DNA from: Eledone cirrhosa
Taxonomy: Eukaryota
Direction of reading: 5' to 3'
Assembly: GCA_964016885.1 (NCBI GenBank)
Contig: OZ024745.1
Coordinates: 103,168,001 to 103,232,000 of the forward strand
DNA length: 64,000 bases
Shown piece by piece: positions 37,955 to 50,685 of the stretch. Positions within the stretch are counted from its first letter, which is position 1. Each line of letters opens with the position of its first letter. Made by a program: the position numbers and the translations under genes. The notes below the pieces were generated by a model. That model worked only from the letters and a program-made list of their open reading frames with translations. It had not been told where the DNA came from and did no database searches.

Positions 37955-39080
37955 CAGGGTGTATAAAGAAAAATTAGCCTCATTTTTATTTTTGTCCACA
38001 TTATTCATTTTTTTTTTACAAAAACTGAAGAAACTCTGAATTCAAACCATTAAAAACAGCATATCTAAAATTCCCTATCTTCTAATGCTTCTATCCAGAG
38101 TTACAAAACATGTTCCAAGTGATCCCCATTTTTTGAATAACATGAAGTTTACAAACAGACCTAGGAATAGCTCTGATCTCCTCCCTGATGTTTTTCTTCC
38201 GTTCAATGATGGTCCTGGGTTTGTTGACATATACTCTATCCTTTAGAGAGCCCCTAAGAAAGAAGTCTGGTGTGTGTGTGTGGGTGAGTGGGGGTCTGGC
38301 TTAAATCATAGCTGTGTGGGGCCCACTCAAAATCAGTCTTCAGATTGATTGCACAATTTCAAAGTTATTTCTTAGCCATTATCATGACTCATTAGAAGTG
38401 TGAAGGCTTGCTCCATCTTGCTGAAACCAGAACTTATTCATTAGAGATTGGTACATGGTCTATAGCTTTTTTTTTAAGTCTCCCAAGCCCTTAACATAGC
38501 ATTTCTTTATGACTGTTGGAGTGTTACCATTTTCTTTGAAGAATGTGCCAATCAACCCTGTCTTAGAAATGGCAGATGGTACATTTAGTTAGGTGGAGAG
38601 GTTTCACAGTGGGTTTCTCTGACCCCTCAGAACACATTGTTCTTAGAGTTGATCTTTCTCTCTAAGTAAAAGTGGGCTTCATCAGAGGTCCACAGCAGAT
38701 TTAGAAAATTTGAGTTGTTTTCCATTTTCTCCTGTATTTTCTCAGCCATAGCCATTCTCTTGGTCTTATCAGCTACAATAAGCTTTTGTTTAGTCTGTAT
38801 CCTGTAACTGTATTTCTTAGGATCCTCTTTGAAAACCCTTCTGCAAGTTTTGTGAAGATATCCAAAAATTTGTGAAGATATCCAAGTTTTGTGAAGATAT
38901 GCAGAGATTGTTTTGGGCTCTGATCAACAGACTCTGGGACCATGTCAATAACTTCTTGTGTACACTTTCTGGGTTGTCCAGAGTCCGTTTAACAGTCCTC
39001 AGACTTTGTTTTGAGGTTCTGCACTGTCCTAGTTTTGTATATTGGCTTTGAAGGGAGATTTGTCTGATTTGGATGAGTGG
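37955..39080 (-). pseudogene. Tc1/mariner transposase fossil, rosa/DD41D-like
   Basis: SDEAHFYL..INSKNNVF, FQQDGASLHTS, EWAPHSYDLS, PDFFLRGSLKDRVYVNKPRTI. CAGGGTG terminus at 37955; the other end is uncertain. Confidence 0.75.
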
Positions 39081-39307
39081 GTAGTGAATAGGATTCACAA
39101 TTGTGACGTTGTGAGTTCACTTCCTGGACCGGTTGATGCATTATGTCCTTCTACCTGGAGTTGTGACTGATACATAGTCTTAGCAATTGCAAAGACCAAT
39201 GGAAACATTGTTTCCTCAGTCCTAATTTGACGAAAGTCAATCGACTCCTATATATATAGTATACACACAAATATAATAATAAGAAAGTGGAGATTTATTG
39301 CTTAATC

Positions 39308-39396
39308 CTGGTTACAAATGTTTCCCAAGCAGTTGGCTCGTGATCTGGGATGGCACCCCCAGACCAGACTCCAAGACTGTCTGATCCTCAGACCAG
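39308..39396 (-). ncRNA. Type-I hammerhead ribozyme in (TA)n-bounded element 39258-39450
   Basis: Reverse strand reads CTGGT-CTGAGGA-(long imperfect helix II)-GAAA-CATTTG-T-A-ACCAG, with AATAAA just downstream. Confidence 0.7.
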
Positions 39397-39618
39397 TGTT
39401 AACACAACAAAAATCAAATCAAATTCTTCTAGTTTACTGAACTTTCTGCATATATATATATATATATATAAACAAACATAAATTATCGAGATTCGCATTT
39501 CGGCCAACGAAATAACGAAAAACAACCTCCGAGATGTGTGGGAAGTGCTCAATGATTCAGATGAACCAGAGCTATAACAAACGTTAAAGGCCAAACACAC
39601 TGAGAATATGGTTAAACA

Positions 39619-39655
<37 letters not shown>

Positions 39656-39842
39656 ATACTTGGGGAAGGTCATATTGTTATAATATTGCCAGAAATAATA
39701 ACAGAACACATTCACTGTTTGGTTTGGGTTGGTTTTCACTTCTGTATCTTTTATATCTCTATAGTTAATGTATTTGGAAATCAATGTTTCTCATTGATTG
39801 ACCAACGGTTAAAAATACAGATATAAATATATATATATAGTC

Positions 39843-39886
39843 TATCAAAGTTCTTTCATCACACATCTGCGACATCATCAGTGGTA
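39843..39886 (-). ncRNA. Minimal hammerhead ribozyme (family B) in element 39648-39895
   Basis: Reverse strand reads TACCA-CTGATGA-tGTCGCA(gatg)TGTGAT-GAAA-GAAC-T-T-TGATA. Homolog of 15515-15557 with G-U wobbles in helix II. Confidence 0.65.
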
Positions 39887-40273
39887 CTATTATGTTTCCT
39901 CCCATTGTATTGTAAAGACTACGTCATATTTATACATATACATACATATAAGATGGTAAAGTCCAAGTTGACTATTTCAAACTCCGTTGCAGAGAATCAG
40001 TTCCAGTGCCATGTTTATCAGAAAATTTGCAAATCTGAATATAAATAATAAGAAAACCCAAAATGGAAACAAGAATGAAATGAGACATCATTGTATTATT
40101 TGTGGACGGTTGTTTCACAGGCTTTCAGTCAGGACTCAAAAGTCATTTGAGATCTCAAGCCAAGAAGGGACAGGCATAAAGTACAAGAAGTTGTCAAGCT
40201 TTGTATGGAGCAGATAACCTTTATATATACATATATCATGGAAAGTAAATGGCAAATGGTGGTAATGAAGATG

Positions 40274-40324
<51 letters not shown>

Positions 40325-40372
40325 GACATAAAATAAGAAAATTATAAAAATTAACTTACTTACTAAAATTTC

Positions 40373-40454
40373 ACTCCAACTAATTAGTTTCTGAAAGGGA
40401 ATAAACATAGTTTCCGAAGAACCGTACGGAGAAGCCTTTCGTCATCAGGGAAGT
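40373..40454 (-). ncRNA. Type-I hammerhead ribozyme, copy 1
   Basis: Reverse strand reads ACTTCC-CTGATGA-CGAAAGG...TTCTTCG-GAAA-CTA...TAG-T-T-GGAGT. Confidence 0.65.
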
Positions 40455-40970
40455 CTATTCTCAGCTAAGTTTCCAGGCAATGCGTGGACACAGGGAACTT
40501 ATACAAAAATAATTCAGTGGATGGAAAAAAGCAAAGCGTGGACTAAGTTCCAAGCCATTGAAAAAATCACTGCCTACTGCGTCGGTGGCAAATTCAAAAG
40601 AATCAATCACGTGACATCGAGGTTAATCAGTGAGGAGTGTTTTGTTAAGAAGACAGCAGCCGAACCGTTACTATGAACTATAGTAGCAGTTTTGGCCAAT
40701 TTTTGCTCGACAAAATAATTTGGAGATAATTATAAAGAATTAGTATATCTACTAACATATATATACAGATGCATACCTATGCCAGCAAATATATAGGTTT
40801 TGTCTTAGTAACTTTGTGGTTTACTAACATATATATACAGATGCATACCTATGCCAGCAAATATATAGGTTTTGTCTTAGTAACTTTGTGGTTCAATGCA
40901 TGGGGATGCAGAACAATAATATGAAAGACGTAAAATAAGAAAATTATAAAAATTAACTTACTAAAATTTC

Positions 40971-41052
40971 ACTCCAACTAATTAGTTTCTGAAAGGGAAT
41001 AAACATAGTTTCCGAAGAAACGTACGGAGAAGCCTTTCATCATCAGGGAAGT
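40971..41052 (-). ncRNA. Type-I hammerhead ribozyme, copy 2
   Basis: Same fold as 40373-40454, with the first helix II pair U-G. Confidence 0.62.
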
Positions 41053-41247
41053 CTATTCTCAGCTAAGTTTCCAGGCAATGCGTGGACACAGGGAACTTAT
41101 ACAAAAATAATTCAGTGGATGGAAAAAAAGCAAAGTGTGGACTAAGTTTCAAGCCATTGAAAAAATCACTGCCTACTGCGTCGGTGGCAAATTCAAAAGA
41201 ATCAATCACGTGACATCGAGGTTAATCAGTGAGGAGTGTTTTGTTAA

Positions 41248-41280
<33 letters not shown>

Positions 41281-41284
<4 letters not shown>

Positions 41285-41474
41285 AAAATGTATGACCCCG
41301 ACGGCAGAGCTCAAGCCGTTTCGACGGCTATTTCTGAGTCCAGAAATCGTCTTCGAAACGGCTTGAGCTCTGCCGTCGGGGTCATACAATTTCCTATTAC
41401 CCACTCTACTACCTTAAGTATTGAGTACTCTGATGCGCTATGGTCCATCTGGTTCCTTGCCACAACTCCTTCGT

Positions 41475-41477
<3 letters not shown>
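41281..41477 (+). mobile_element. Family A fold-back element (half hammerhead) in (TA)n
   Basis: 41281-41336 is inverted against 41341-41397. Contains GAAACGGC(TTGAGCTCT)GCCGTC-GGGGTCA. Confidence 0.75.
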
Positions 41478-41510
<33 letters not shown>

Positions 41511-41716
41511 TATAAAGAAGTTCGTTTTCAAAGATAAAAACTGGAAAGATGTAGGTGAAAAGGCTACATCAGCTCAAAATACGATAATTTATTATAATAA
41601 ACTGTACACACAGCTATATACAATTAAAAAAAGTATATGAACTCCTACTGTGCAAGCCTATCCCCATGTAGAGCGAATTTATACATTAAAATATGTTACC
41701 AAACACTATTATTTAT

Positions 41717-41754
<38 letters not shown>

Positions 41755-41759
<5 letters not shown>

Positions 41760-41988
41760 ATAATAATAAATTTGAAGACTAAAATCCAAAGAGGGCTCGA
41801 TAAGGATAAATATATATCAAATATATAAGAACCGTAGAGCAAATATTTATTAAAATAACAGATTAAAGTTTAAGCAAAGAATCGCTGCTTTCACCCTTAA
41901 CGGGATCTTCTGAAAACTCAGAAGATCCCGTTAAGGGTGAAAGCAGCGATTCTTTGCTTAAACTTTAATCTGTTATTTTAATAAATAT
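41755..41988 (-). mobile_element. Family C fold-back element with CAGAAGA hammerhead-like motif
   Basis: Perfect palindrome 41843-41913 / 41918-41988. Tail matches 58590-58683. Confidence 0.8.
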
Positions 41989-41997
41989 ATATATATA

Positions 41998-42845
41998 TCA
42001 TCATCATCATCATCATCAACGTTTAACGTCCGTGTTCCACGCTTGCATGGGTTTGGACGGGGGTAGTCCCACTTGAGGCAAGAGTGATTGTCTTGCTCGC
42101 ATAGGACTGTCTGGCAGGTTTTCTACAGTTGGATGCCCTTCCTAACACCAACCACATTTACAGTGTGGGTCTGGGAGGTTTTTACCGTGTTGCCTACACG
42201 GCCACATTACAGCGTGGACTGTGTGTTTTTTGTCGTGACACCTAAACGATCTCATTTGTTTCGGCCTGGATGGCGCGGCACCAACATAACTTTACATAGG
42301 ACGGGGTGGTGTGGATGGGTGGGGGTGGTGGCGGGACGGGGTGTATTTTGTTAGAGATGCCTACTGGCAAGGCGGGTCTTCTCTGTTACTGAGTACCGCC
42401 AAAGGTCTCGGTCCAGTGACATTGTCTTGGAGAGATGTAAGTGTGTGAGGTCGGAGTTTATCAGCTCGTCCCAGGTTTTTCTAGGTCTGCCTATTCCGTG
42501 GCTACCGTCTATCTTTATTGCCCTGCACTTTGTTATACAGCTATCGTCTTTCATGCGCATCACGTGTCCATACCAACGTAGCCTTCTCTCGAGTAAACAA
42601 CATCTGATCCCTCTTATCTCTAATTTTTTTCCTTAGTTCGTTTATGCTTTGCCGTTCACGTATATTACTGTTACACATCCAGCGGAGCATGCAAGCTTCG
42701 TTCCTCTCTAGTCTGCGTATATCCTCTGCACACAATGCCCAGGTCTCACTGCCATGCAACATTGCTGTTCGTATGCAGGCATCGTACAACCTGCCTTTCA
42801 TTTTTAGGGAGAACCCTTTAGCAGCTAATAGTGGTATAAGCTCTC

Positions 42846-42848
<3 letters not shown>
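41998..42848 (-). mobile_element. 5'-truncated RTE LINE, nearly identical to the 3' part of 31594-34725
   Basis: ORFs 42351-42563 and 42541-42993 match, with a one-base frameshift. (TA)n at both ends. Confidence 0.92.
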
Positions 42849-42907
<59 letters not shown>

Positions 42908-43243
42908 AGAGTATTGAAGTTTGCTTGAAGCATTGTGGAATAATAAGATATATTTTCTTTCGGTCCAACAGCAGAGGACACGTACCGATCCAATCCGACA
43001 GATACACCCCCCCCCCCTGAAATATAAGGACAATTAAATCTCTCCCAAGGTAACTCTATCTCGTGTTATTATTTTTATTTTTTACGCTCTTTCCTACGTT
43101 CTTCTACACACTATACATCTCATTCTACACTCACTTACATCTCTCTCTCCACCACCGGATCTTGTTACCCGGAGAATTACCCATCTGCATTGTTGAGGCT
43201 TCCAAAACGACCTAAAGAAAATATATCATATATATATATATTA

Positions 43244-43452
43244 AAGGAACGATCGACTTTCGTCAAATCGGACCGAGGGAACAATGTTTCCGTTGGTCTT
43301 TCCAATTGCTAATACTATCTATCGGTCGCAACTCCAGGTAGAAGGAGCAACGTGAAATAAAGTGTCTTGCTCAAGGACATAACGCATCGCCTGGTCCAGG
43401 AATCGAACTCACAACCTTACGGTTCTCTAACCACTCAGCCACACGCCTTCAC
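43244..43452 (-). mobile_element. tRNA-derived SINE, third tail variant
   Basis: Same head and core as 3039. Tail shared with about 39100-39246 (+). Confidence 0.7.
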
Positions 43453-46400
43453 TGTATATATATATATATATATTCACCATTGAAATGATTTAAGCTTGAC
43501 TGTGGGGTTGTAGGGTTATAATAATATCTGCAGTCTACTTTCCTTAAAATATGGAATACTAAGTTGAATAATGGCTTTTCTACTCTCAATTAGTAACTTC
43601 TTATCTATGTGTGTGCATGTGTGTTGTTTGATTATGTCATGTAACTTAGTATTTCAACAAATAGAGGTTAAGGAAATAAGTATCAGACTTAGCAATAGGT
43701 GCTGTGGTCAATATGATCAACTAAATCCTTGAAGGTGGTGCACCAGCATGGCCACAGTCTAATGTCTGAAAACATTAAAAGAATCTCCTTCCCTATTTCT
43801 TATCAAGAGAGAACCTGTGCACTAGAAATAGAAACTAAATCTATTTACTGCCTTAAAAAGGATATACACAATGTAGGGCTAGGTATACAGAAATATAAGA
43901 TGACTATAACCTATTTAATCATATGTCTGTTTGAGTATGGCTAATCAAGGGTTAAACAACAGCAACAACATTATAGCAAGTTTTTTCACATTCATAATAT
44001 GGTTTCTTTCTATTTTGGGAAACTTCTAACTCCAATCTCTCTCCATAATAAAACAGTGAAAGCTGTGAATGGAAATATGATTATAATTGTCTTGCTTGGA
44101 TGTCTAAGTAGCTAACATTGGATTAGTATCCATTTCTGATGTTAGTAGCCTGTATCTTCATAAATTTTGCTACATATACATAGAAAAGGAAGTGAAACTT
44201 TTAATGTGATCAACTTAGTCATAAAAGCATTGAAAATGGAATGGATAAGATAATTATGAAAAATGTAAAACAATTGGAGATAAGTTTAATTACTAGAAAA
44301 AGGTCAGTGATTAATATGTTATTAGATAGACTGATAAAGCTATAATGATAAAACTATCATAAATTATCATTGGAAGCCTTGGACACTTTATAAATATAAT
44401 CTGGGACCTAAGACAATCAAAAAGATTTGAATAATGTCACTCATAAAATGACCTCTTCTGAAAGGTTCAATTTTGACTTGAGAACAGAGATAAAAAATAA
44501 AGTCTTGACTGGCTAATAAGTTTGCTTTACAACCATATGGGTTTAGTAACACTGCATGGTAGCTTGTACAAATGTTTTCTACTATAGTCTTCAGTTGACA
44601 AATGCCTTCTGAGTGGAATTTAGTTAAGAGAAATTGTGTATATCATTATTATCATCACTAAACATCTATTTCTATGAGTTAGACAAATTGTGATGTGATG
44701 TGCTGAGGCCAGGCAAGTAAGGTGATTATGTCTTCCTCGTACACTCTATTTTAGCTTGGTTTCTATAGCCAGATGCCTTTCTTAATGCTAATCTCTTTAC
44801 AGAATGTACTGGAAGCATGGTTTCTATAGCTGGATGCTCTTCCTAATGCCAATCCCTTTACACCATGTACTGGGAGCATTTTATCATGACTCTGGTGCTA
44901 CCACCTTGCAGAGTGGATTGGGTACTGTTTGCAGTGGCACCAGCACTTCATTACAAGACTAGAGGGCTCGGTGTTCTTGGTCTGTCTGGGTAGGTGTTAA
45001 GGGCCTAAAATGAAAGAAGTGCAGGATTTATGGTATTTGTTGAAGGCAGGGCTAGGATACAGACATTCCACCATACCATCCTAAGTTTTCCTGTGATGCT
45101 TTAATGCACTAACTATAACAATGCAGTCTCTCTATTTATGCAATCTCCTCTCCTACACACTGCACCTGATCCTCTTATGCCCAGTTTTTCTCTCAGCTCA
45201 TTGGTGCTTTGTTTCACAACAATTATTATTACATTTACTTTTCATTATCTTTGCCATAAATTATTTTACAATAACAATACTTTAACAAAAAATAATTTTA
45301 TATTCAATAAAAACATTAAAATGTGCAATATTCAAATCAAATTTTCGAAATACACTTTTTCTACTGTCAAAACAGGTTTGCAATCTTTTGAGTACTGATT
45401 GGCAAGCATTGAGACATAAAACATCTGTTAAGTAAACAAAAAAGTAGAAGAAAATGTTCATTTAAGAAGTTTACTTTGTAACCATGTGGTTTTCGTTTCA
45501 GTCCAACTGCATGGCACCTTCATCATGTGTCTCCTACTATAACATTGGGTTAACCAACTTGCTTGTGAAAAACATTTGGCTGTTGGAAACTGTAGATAGA
45601 ACCTCCATTGTACATATAAATGTGTGTGCGTTAGTGTTTGTTAACTTAGCAGTTCAACAAATAGTGATTGATAAAATAGATAAAATAGATAGCACTCTTA
45701 AAAATAAGCAATTAGGTTGATATGATTAACTAAAACCTTTTAAATTGGTGCCTTTTAAATTAGTAAACCTTTTAAATTGTTAATTATTTTTCAAAATTAT
45801 TGCTTCGGTCACAAACTCCAACTGTGGCCCACAATGTTTCCTTAATTTTGTATTCATTTAAGTGTACTCTTTTTCCAATTGGTTTTTATCAAACATTTTT
45901 TCTGACTAGTATATTTGCTGTATAGACTAGATGATTTATTCAAGGTGATATTGATGTTCACATTTATTTCCAGTATGTATATGATGACTAACTTTGTTGT
46001 TGCTATGCCATTTTATCGTCTTTGTTGGGGGGAGGGTGCTCATTGGTCTATAAAACAATCTTCTATAGATATTAATTCCTTAACTCTTTTCGCCTTTAGA
46101 TAATTGTCATATTAAACATTTCCAACCGTAGATCTTTCTATCTTTTGATCTTTTCATATTCAGTTGAGTTCATTTGATTTTGCTGTTTTGTGCTAAGTCT
46201 ATCTTTGTGATCTCAATGTTCAATGTTTATGATATTACTATTTTTATTTTTACTTTTTCTTGATTTGTTTTTTGATATTATGTAGGTACTGGTATTTTTC
46301 TTTCAATGGTTCTATCATCACTATGTTTTCTGTTTTTCTAACTTTTCTATTTCTATATCTGATAATGTTATGGCTGTATAAATGTATTTGTTTAAATTAA

Positions 46401-46559
46401 CTTGTCTGATTTGAGGATCCAAAGTTACTTCTAAATTTGGCATGAGTAAATATATAATGTTGTGGTAGTCTTATGGGCAAAGTGTTACAGCAAAATATGC
46501 ATGCTGTATAAAAACATATTCCTATTAAAACAGTTTTAACATTTCCCTATTATTATAAC

Positions 46560-47010
46560 GCTGAATTGGCAGTATCGGTAGAGTGTCGGACTTCATGCTT
46601 TCCGGCATAGAGTTACATCCCTTTACAGTCTGAGTTCAAATCCCGCTGAGGTTAACTTTGCCTTTCATCCTTACGGGGGCGATAAAATGAAGTACCAGTA
46701 ATGCACTGGGATAATTGCTGGCCTTGTGCCAAAAGTAGAAACAATTATTAGTAGTAGTATTAGTAATTATTATTATGAATAATAATTACTAATACTACTA
46801 CTAATAATTGTAGGGCGGTGGATTGGCAGTATCGGTAGAGGGTCGGACGCCATGCTTTCCAGCATAGTTACGTCCCTTTACGATCTGAGTTCAAATCCCG
46901 CCGAGGTTGACTTTGCCTTTCATCCTTACGGGGTTGATAAAATAAAGTACCAGTAATGTAATGCACTGGGTAATTGCTGGCCTTGTGCCTAAAGTAGAAA
47001 CAATTATTAT
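46560..47010 (+). mobile_element. Two head-to-tail SINE copies separated by a 70-bp palindrome
   Basis: Copies at 46560-46750 and 46811-47010. Palindrome at 46741-46811. Confidence 0.85.
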
Positions 47011-47139
47011 GAATAATAATTATCTATATCCTTTGTCATGGTTTTGAGAAATACATCAAGAATTTTCTTTCTTACATCAAAAGCAATAAAGTAAATCTTG
47101 AAAATTGTGCATAAGGCTTCAACATTAAATAGTGTGAAT

Positions 47140-47473
47140 GTAGAGCTTGGACGAACTGAGGGAGAAGCTGGCTTTAAGAGGAATCCAAAGTGGTGTGCAG
47201 AAAAGAAGTCGTTGTTAGTAAGGACATGTGATGTGCAGGGATAATGATTGCCGGGTGAAGAAATGCCAGCAAATCCCAGAGGAAGGAAACCATAGTAAAG
47301 TTAGAACAAGAAAGACATGGGAAGAGGTGGTGAGAGCTGACCTCAAATTGCTGAAACTCACAGAGGTGATAATGAAGGAATGCAGCAAGTGGAGAGATGC
47401 TGAGAAGGACCTGTCCAACCCATGCAAGCATGAAAAAACGGGTGTAAAAATGACGATGACAATGATGGTGATG
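47140..47473 (+). mobile_element. Degenerate RTE 3' fragment (short-UTR subfamily)
   Basis: RKTWEEVVRADLKLLKLTE and a degenerate (TGA)n tail. Confidence 0.8.
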
Positions 47474-49121
47474 GCACAAGGCCAGCAATTATCCCAGTAC
47501 ATTACTGGTACTTTATTTTATCGACCCCCGTAAGGATGAAAGGCAAAGTTAACCTCGGCAAGATTTGAACTCAAAACGTTAAGGGACATAACTCTATGCT
47601 GCAAAGCGTGGTGTCTGATGCTCTACCAATACTGCCAATCCACCTCCTGAATGTCCTAATAATATCTGTAGATCTTGTATTACTATTTTCCGGAATGTGG
47701 TTATAACTATTCTTATAAATAAAATGTCGATATTTACAGAAGTAGTTGAGTATCACTAAAATCATACTAATTATAAATAGATATATTACTTAACTGACTT
47801 AATGTTTTAATTCAGTAGCTTCGTTAGTGTAATTGCTTAGCTTTTTAGTTCACTTCTATATAACATTGTAGCCATTTGGTATTGCTATATCAATTATTAT
47901 TTGTGCATTGTCATGGAAAATGTCAGGCTTATAATGTGCTATCTGGAAGTGTGTATGTGAAAGTCCCATGGTATTTTCACATTGTCACTTTCTTTGAGCG
48001 GTAGAGGTTCATATGAGTACTACAGTTTTTGCTCAAAAAAGTCGAAACTGAGTAACCATTGGTATGTAAACCTGCTTCATTCAATGTCGGATTTACCACT
48101 GTGCTTAGGTATGCTTAAGCACAGGGCTCTGTTGGCTCATCTTCCTGTCAAAAAATGTTTACCTCCTTCAAGGCCCAAGTAAGGGGCCACATAACTTAAC
48201 TGGCACAGGGCCTCATTTGTCCTAAATCTGGTACTGGCTTCATTAACCACACTGTATCAGGATATCTGACATTAGCTTCCACAAAATATAATTGGAGCCA
48301 GCAATTACCCAGTGCATTACTGATAAAATAAAATACCTGTAATGCACTGGGTAATTGCTGGCCGTGTGCCAAAAGTAGAAACAATTATATTATTGTGACT
48401 CCAATTATATTTTGTGGAAGCTAATGTCAGATATCCTGATACAGTGTGGTATATTGTCTCAGAAGATATGCCACACAGGCAACATATTATAGGAATATGA
48501 TGGAGGGGAAGTGGCCAAAATACTAAATAAATAAAAATAAAAACAGTAATATTATAACATTGAACACTTAGATTACAAAGATAGACTTAACACAAAACAG
48601 AAAAATTAAGTGGATACATGAACACAACTGGATATGAAAAAGATCAAAAGATAGAAATGTTTATAGTGAAAATTATCAAAAGATGAAAATAGTGAATTAA
48701 TATCGATAAAATATTGTTTTTATTGACCAATGAGCACCTCCCACCTAACAAAATACACAAACAACCTGAGGTTTTTGCCTTGGGTGTAGAATGCATGACC
48801 TTCTCTTCTTCGTCTTACTGTCAGCACCCATAACACGAGAGTTAGCAGTAACAGCAACAACTATAAGCATCATCACTGTCACCCACTGCAACTGCAACTG
48901 TAGCTGTGACCTTCAGCTGCAGCTGCCCCATTGTAATAGACCAGCCACACCAGTGCTTCCCTTATCTACTGCACAGCACCTCTGTAAGCTTTGTGACCCT
49001 CACTGTGGAGAATGCAGAGAATAAGTGTTTGGTAATTGGAAACCTGTTATCAACAATGATAGTAAACAATTATTGTTAAATAAAATAAAACAAATAAAAT
49101 ATGAAATTTTACAATATATAT

Positions 49122-49673
49122 CAGTGGTTCTCAACTAGGGTCCATATGACAACTTGGGGGTTCATATAAGAATTTTGAGCATCCACATACAAAAAAAAAA
49201 AAATTGTAAATCGGCGTCCATGTGTTTATTTTAGGCGTCCAATGAAGACATTTTGCTTTCAAAGAAATTATCTTAATCCTTAGAGAAAGAAAGACGACTT
49301 TTAAAAATATAAATAAAATAGTTAACCAAAGTAGTTGGTAAAAAGTTCCTTAGGGAATTGATAGAAATCAAAAGAAGAAAAACAGAAACGACAACAACCA
49401 GAATCTGTGGTGATGAAGTTTAAATAAATTTATATACATGCATACTAACACACACTAGTATATTGCCTCTAGTTTATGTTCCTGGGGACTTTGGATACAC
49501 TCCTACAATACACAAGATATTTTAACAATTTTTTAATACAATTCATAACAACATTTAATTATAAAAATACAATAGGATTTTTTAAATGTTGAATGGCTAT
49601 GGGGGTCTCCCAGGGTGAAATATGAACCAAAGGGTTAGGAATCAAATAGGTTGAAAAAGGCTGAGAACCACTT
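49122..49673. mobile_element. Old hAT MITE
   Basis: TIRs CAGTGGTTCTCAAC / GCTGAGAACCACTT. TSD degenerate. Confidence 0.65.
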
Positions 49674-49809
49674 ACGTATGTAAAGCAGAAAGAGGTCCAT
49701 GAGTGTACCTCTATATGGCTGCTCAACCTTTTAGAAATAGCAGTCAAATATTTGGCTACTATTTCTAGCAGGTCAAACAACCATGTAGAGTCTCCTTTGA
49801 TAGCCTGTT

Positions 49810-50685
49810 GAGAAAGAACATCGCCCATTAATTCATAAGCTACAAATTAATGTTAGGACAATGGGATTGATGAGTTAATATCTGTATACAACAACTACAA
49901 CGGTACGCGATGGGGCCCACCCACAGCCCCGGCGGGCAGAATGGAGAAGGCGTTTCCCCGGAGGACGGCAAGGGAGACGCGCTGGAAAATCCACTCCATG
50001 TTTGGTGACATAGTGGCAACAGGCCATTTTACCTGTCAGGTATAGCGGCCTTGGCCTCTGTACCCTGATCTCACTAGCTTTGCCGGCATATCTTTTGTCG
50101 GTAACCTCGTGCCGTGTCCTCATCAGTAGGGTTCTTCAAAACACAACAGAACCCTCTGTGTTCAGAGAATGTGAGGCCGCCTGTGAGACGTGGGACCGGC
50201 TGGGACTTAGCCCAGTAGACGTCCCTCCTCCTTCTCCCCCTGTTGACGTCAAGTCCCCCAACGCACTTGGGATGCCATCCAGTGCAGCCTGGCCTCAAAC
50301 AGGCTCATGCGCCAGCTCAACCAGCACCGCCTTGCTTGTTTTCTTGTGGCCTCCAAACCCCACAGTGGTGCCTGGCTCCATGCCCTACCCTCCTTCTCCA
50401 CTGGCACGCAGCTAGACAACCATAGCCTGCGCATCGGCGTTTCTCTGAGGCTCGGCCTCCAGATCTGCCAGCCACACCAATGTCGCTGCGGTTCCACCAT
50501 GGACTCTTTCGGCCTCCACCCGCTTTCCTGTCACCACAGTGCCGGCCGCATTCCACGCCATGCTGCCCTCAACGAGGTCATTAAGCATGGCTTGGATGCT
50601 GCAGGCTTCCCTTCCCAGCTCGAGCCAGTGGGGCTGGATTGAGGCGATGGCAAAAGGCCAGATGGCATGACCATCTTCCCATTCT
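49810..50685 (-). mobile_element. CRE-clade retrotransposon insertion with 5' inversion
   Basis: 3' end on minus (49853-49986 = reverse complement of 16356-16492). Internal part on plus (49987-50685: AWLHALP, HQCRCG..HPLSC, RH, GKRPDG). TSD ATAGCCTGTT at 49800-49809 and 50686-50695. Confidence 0.8.

Larger units (their letters stand above)
40319..41250 (-). mobile_element. Direct-repeat retrozyme/pLTR-like non-coding element
   Basis: Near-identical repeats of about 330 bp (40319-40651 and 40921-41250) around a spacer with a 72-bp duplication. (TA)n on both sides; a hammerhead in each repeat. Confidence 0.8.
46021..48752. mobile_element. Putative long-TIR DNA element (about 230-bp diverged inverted repeats)
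   Basis: 46021-46258 is the reverse complement of about 48525-48752 (GGTGCTCATTGGTC, TTCTATCTTTTGATCTTTT, AAGTCTATCTTTGT). No TSD found. Confidence 0.55.
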
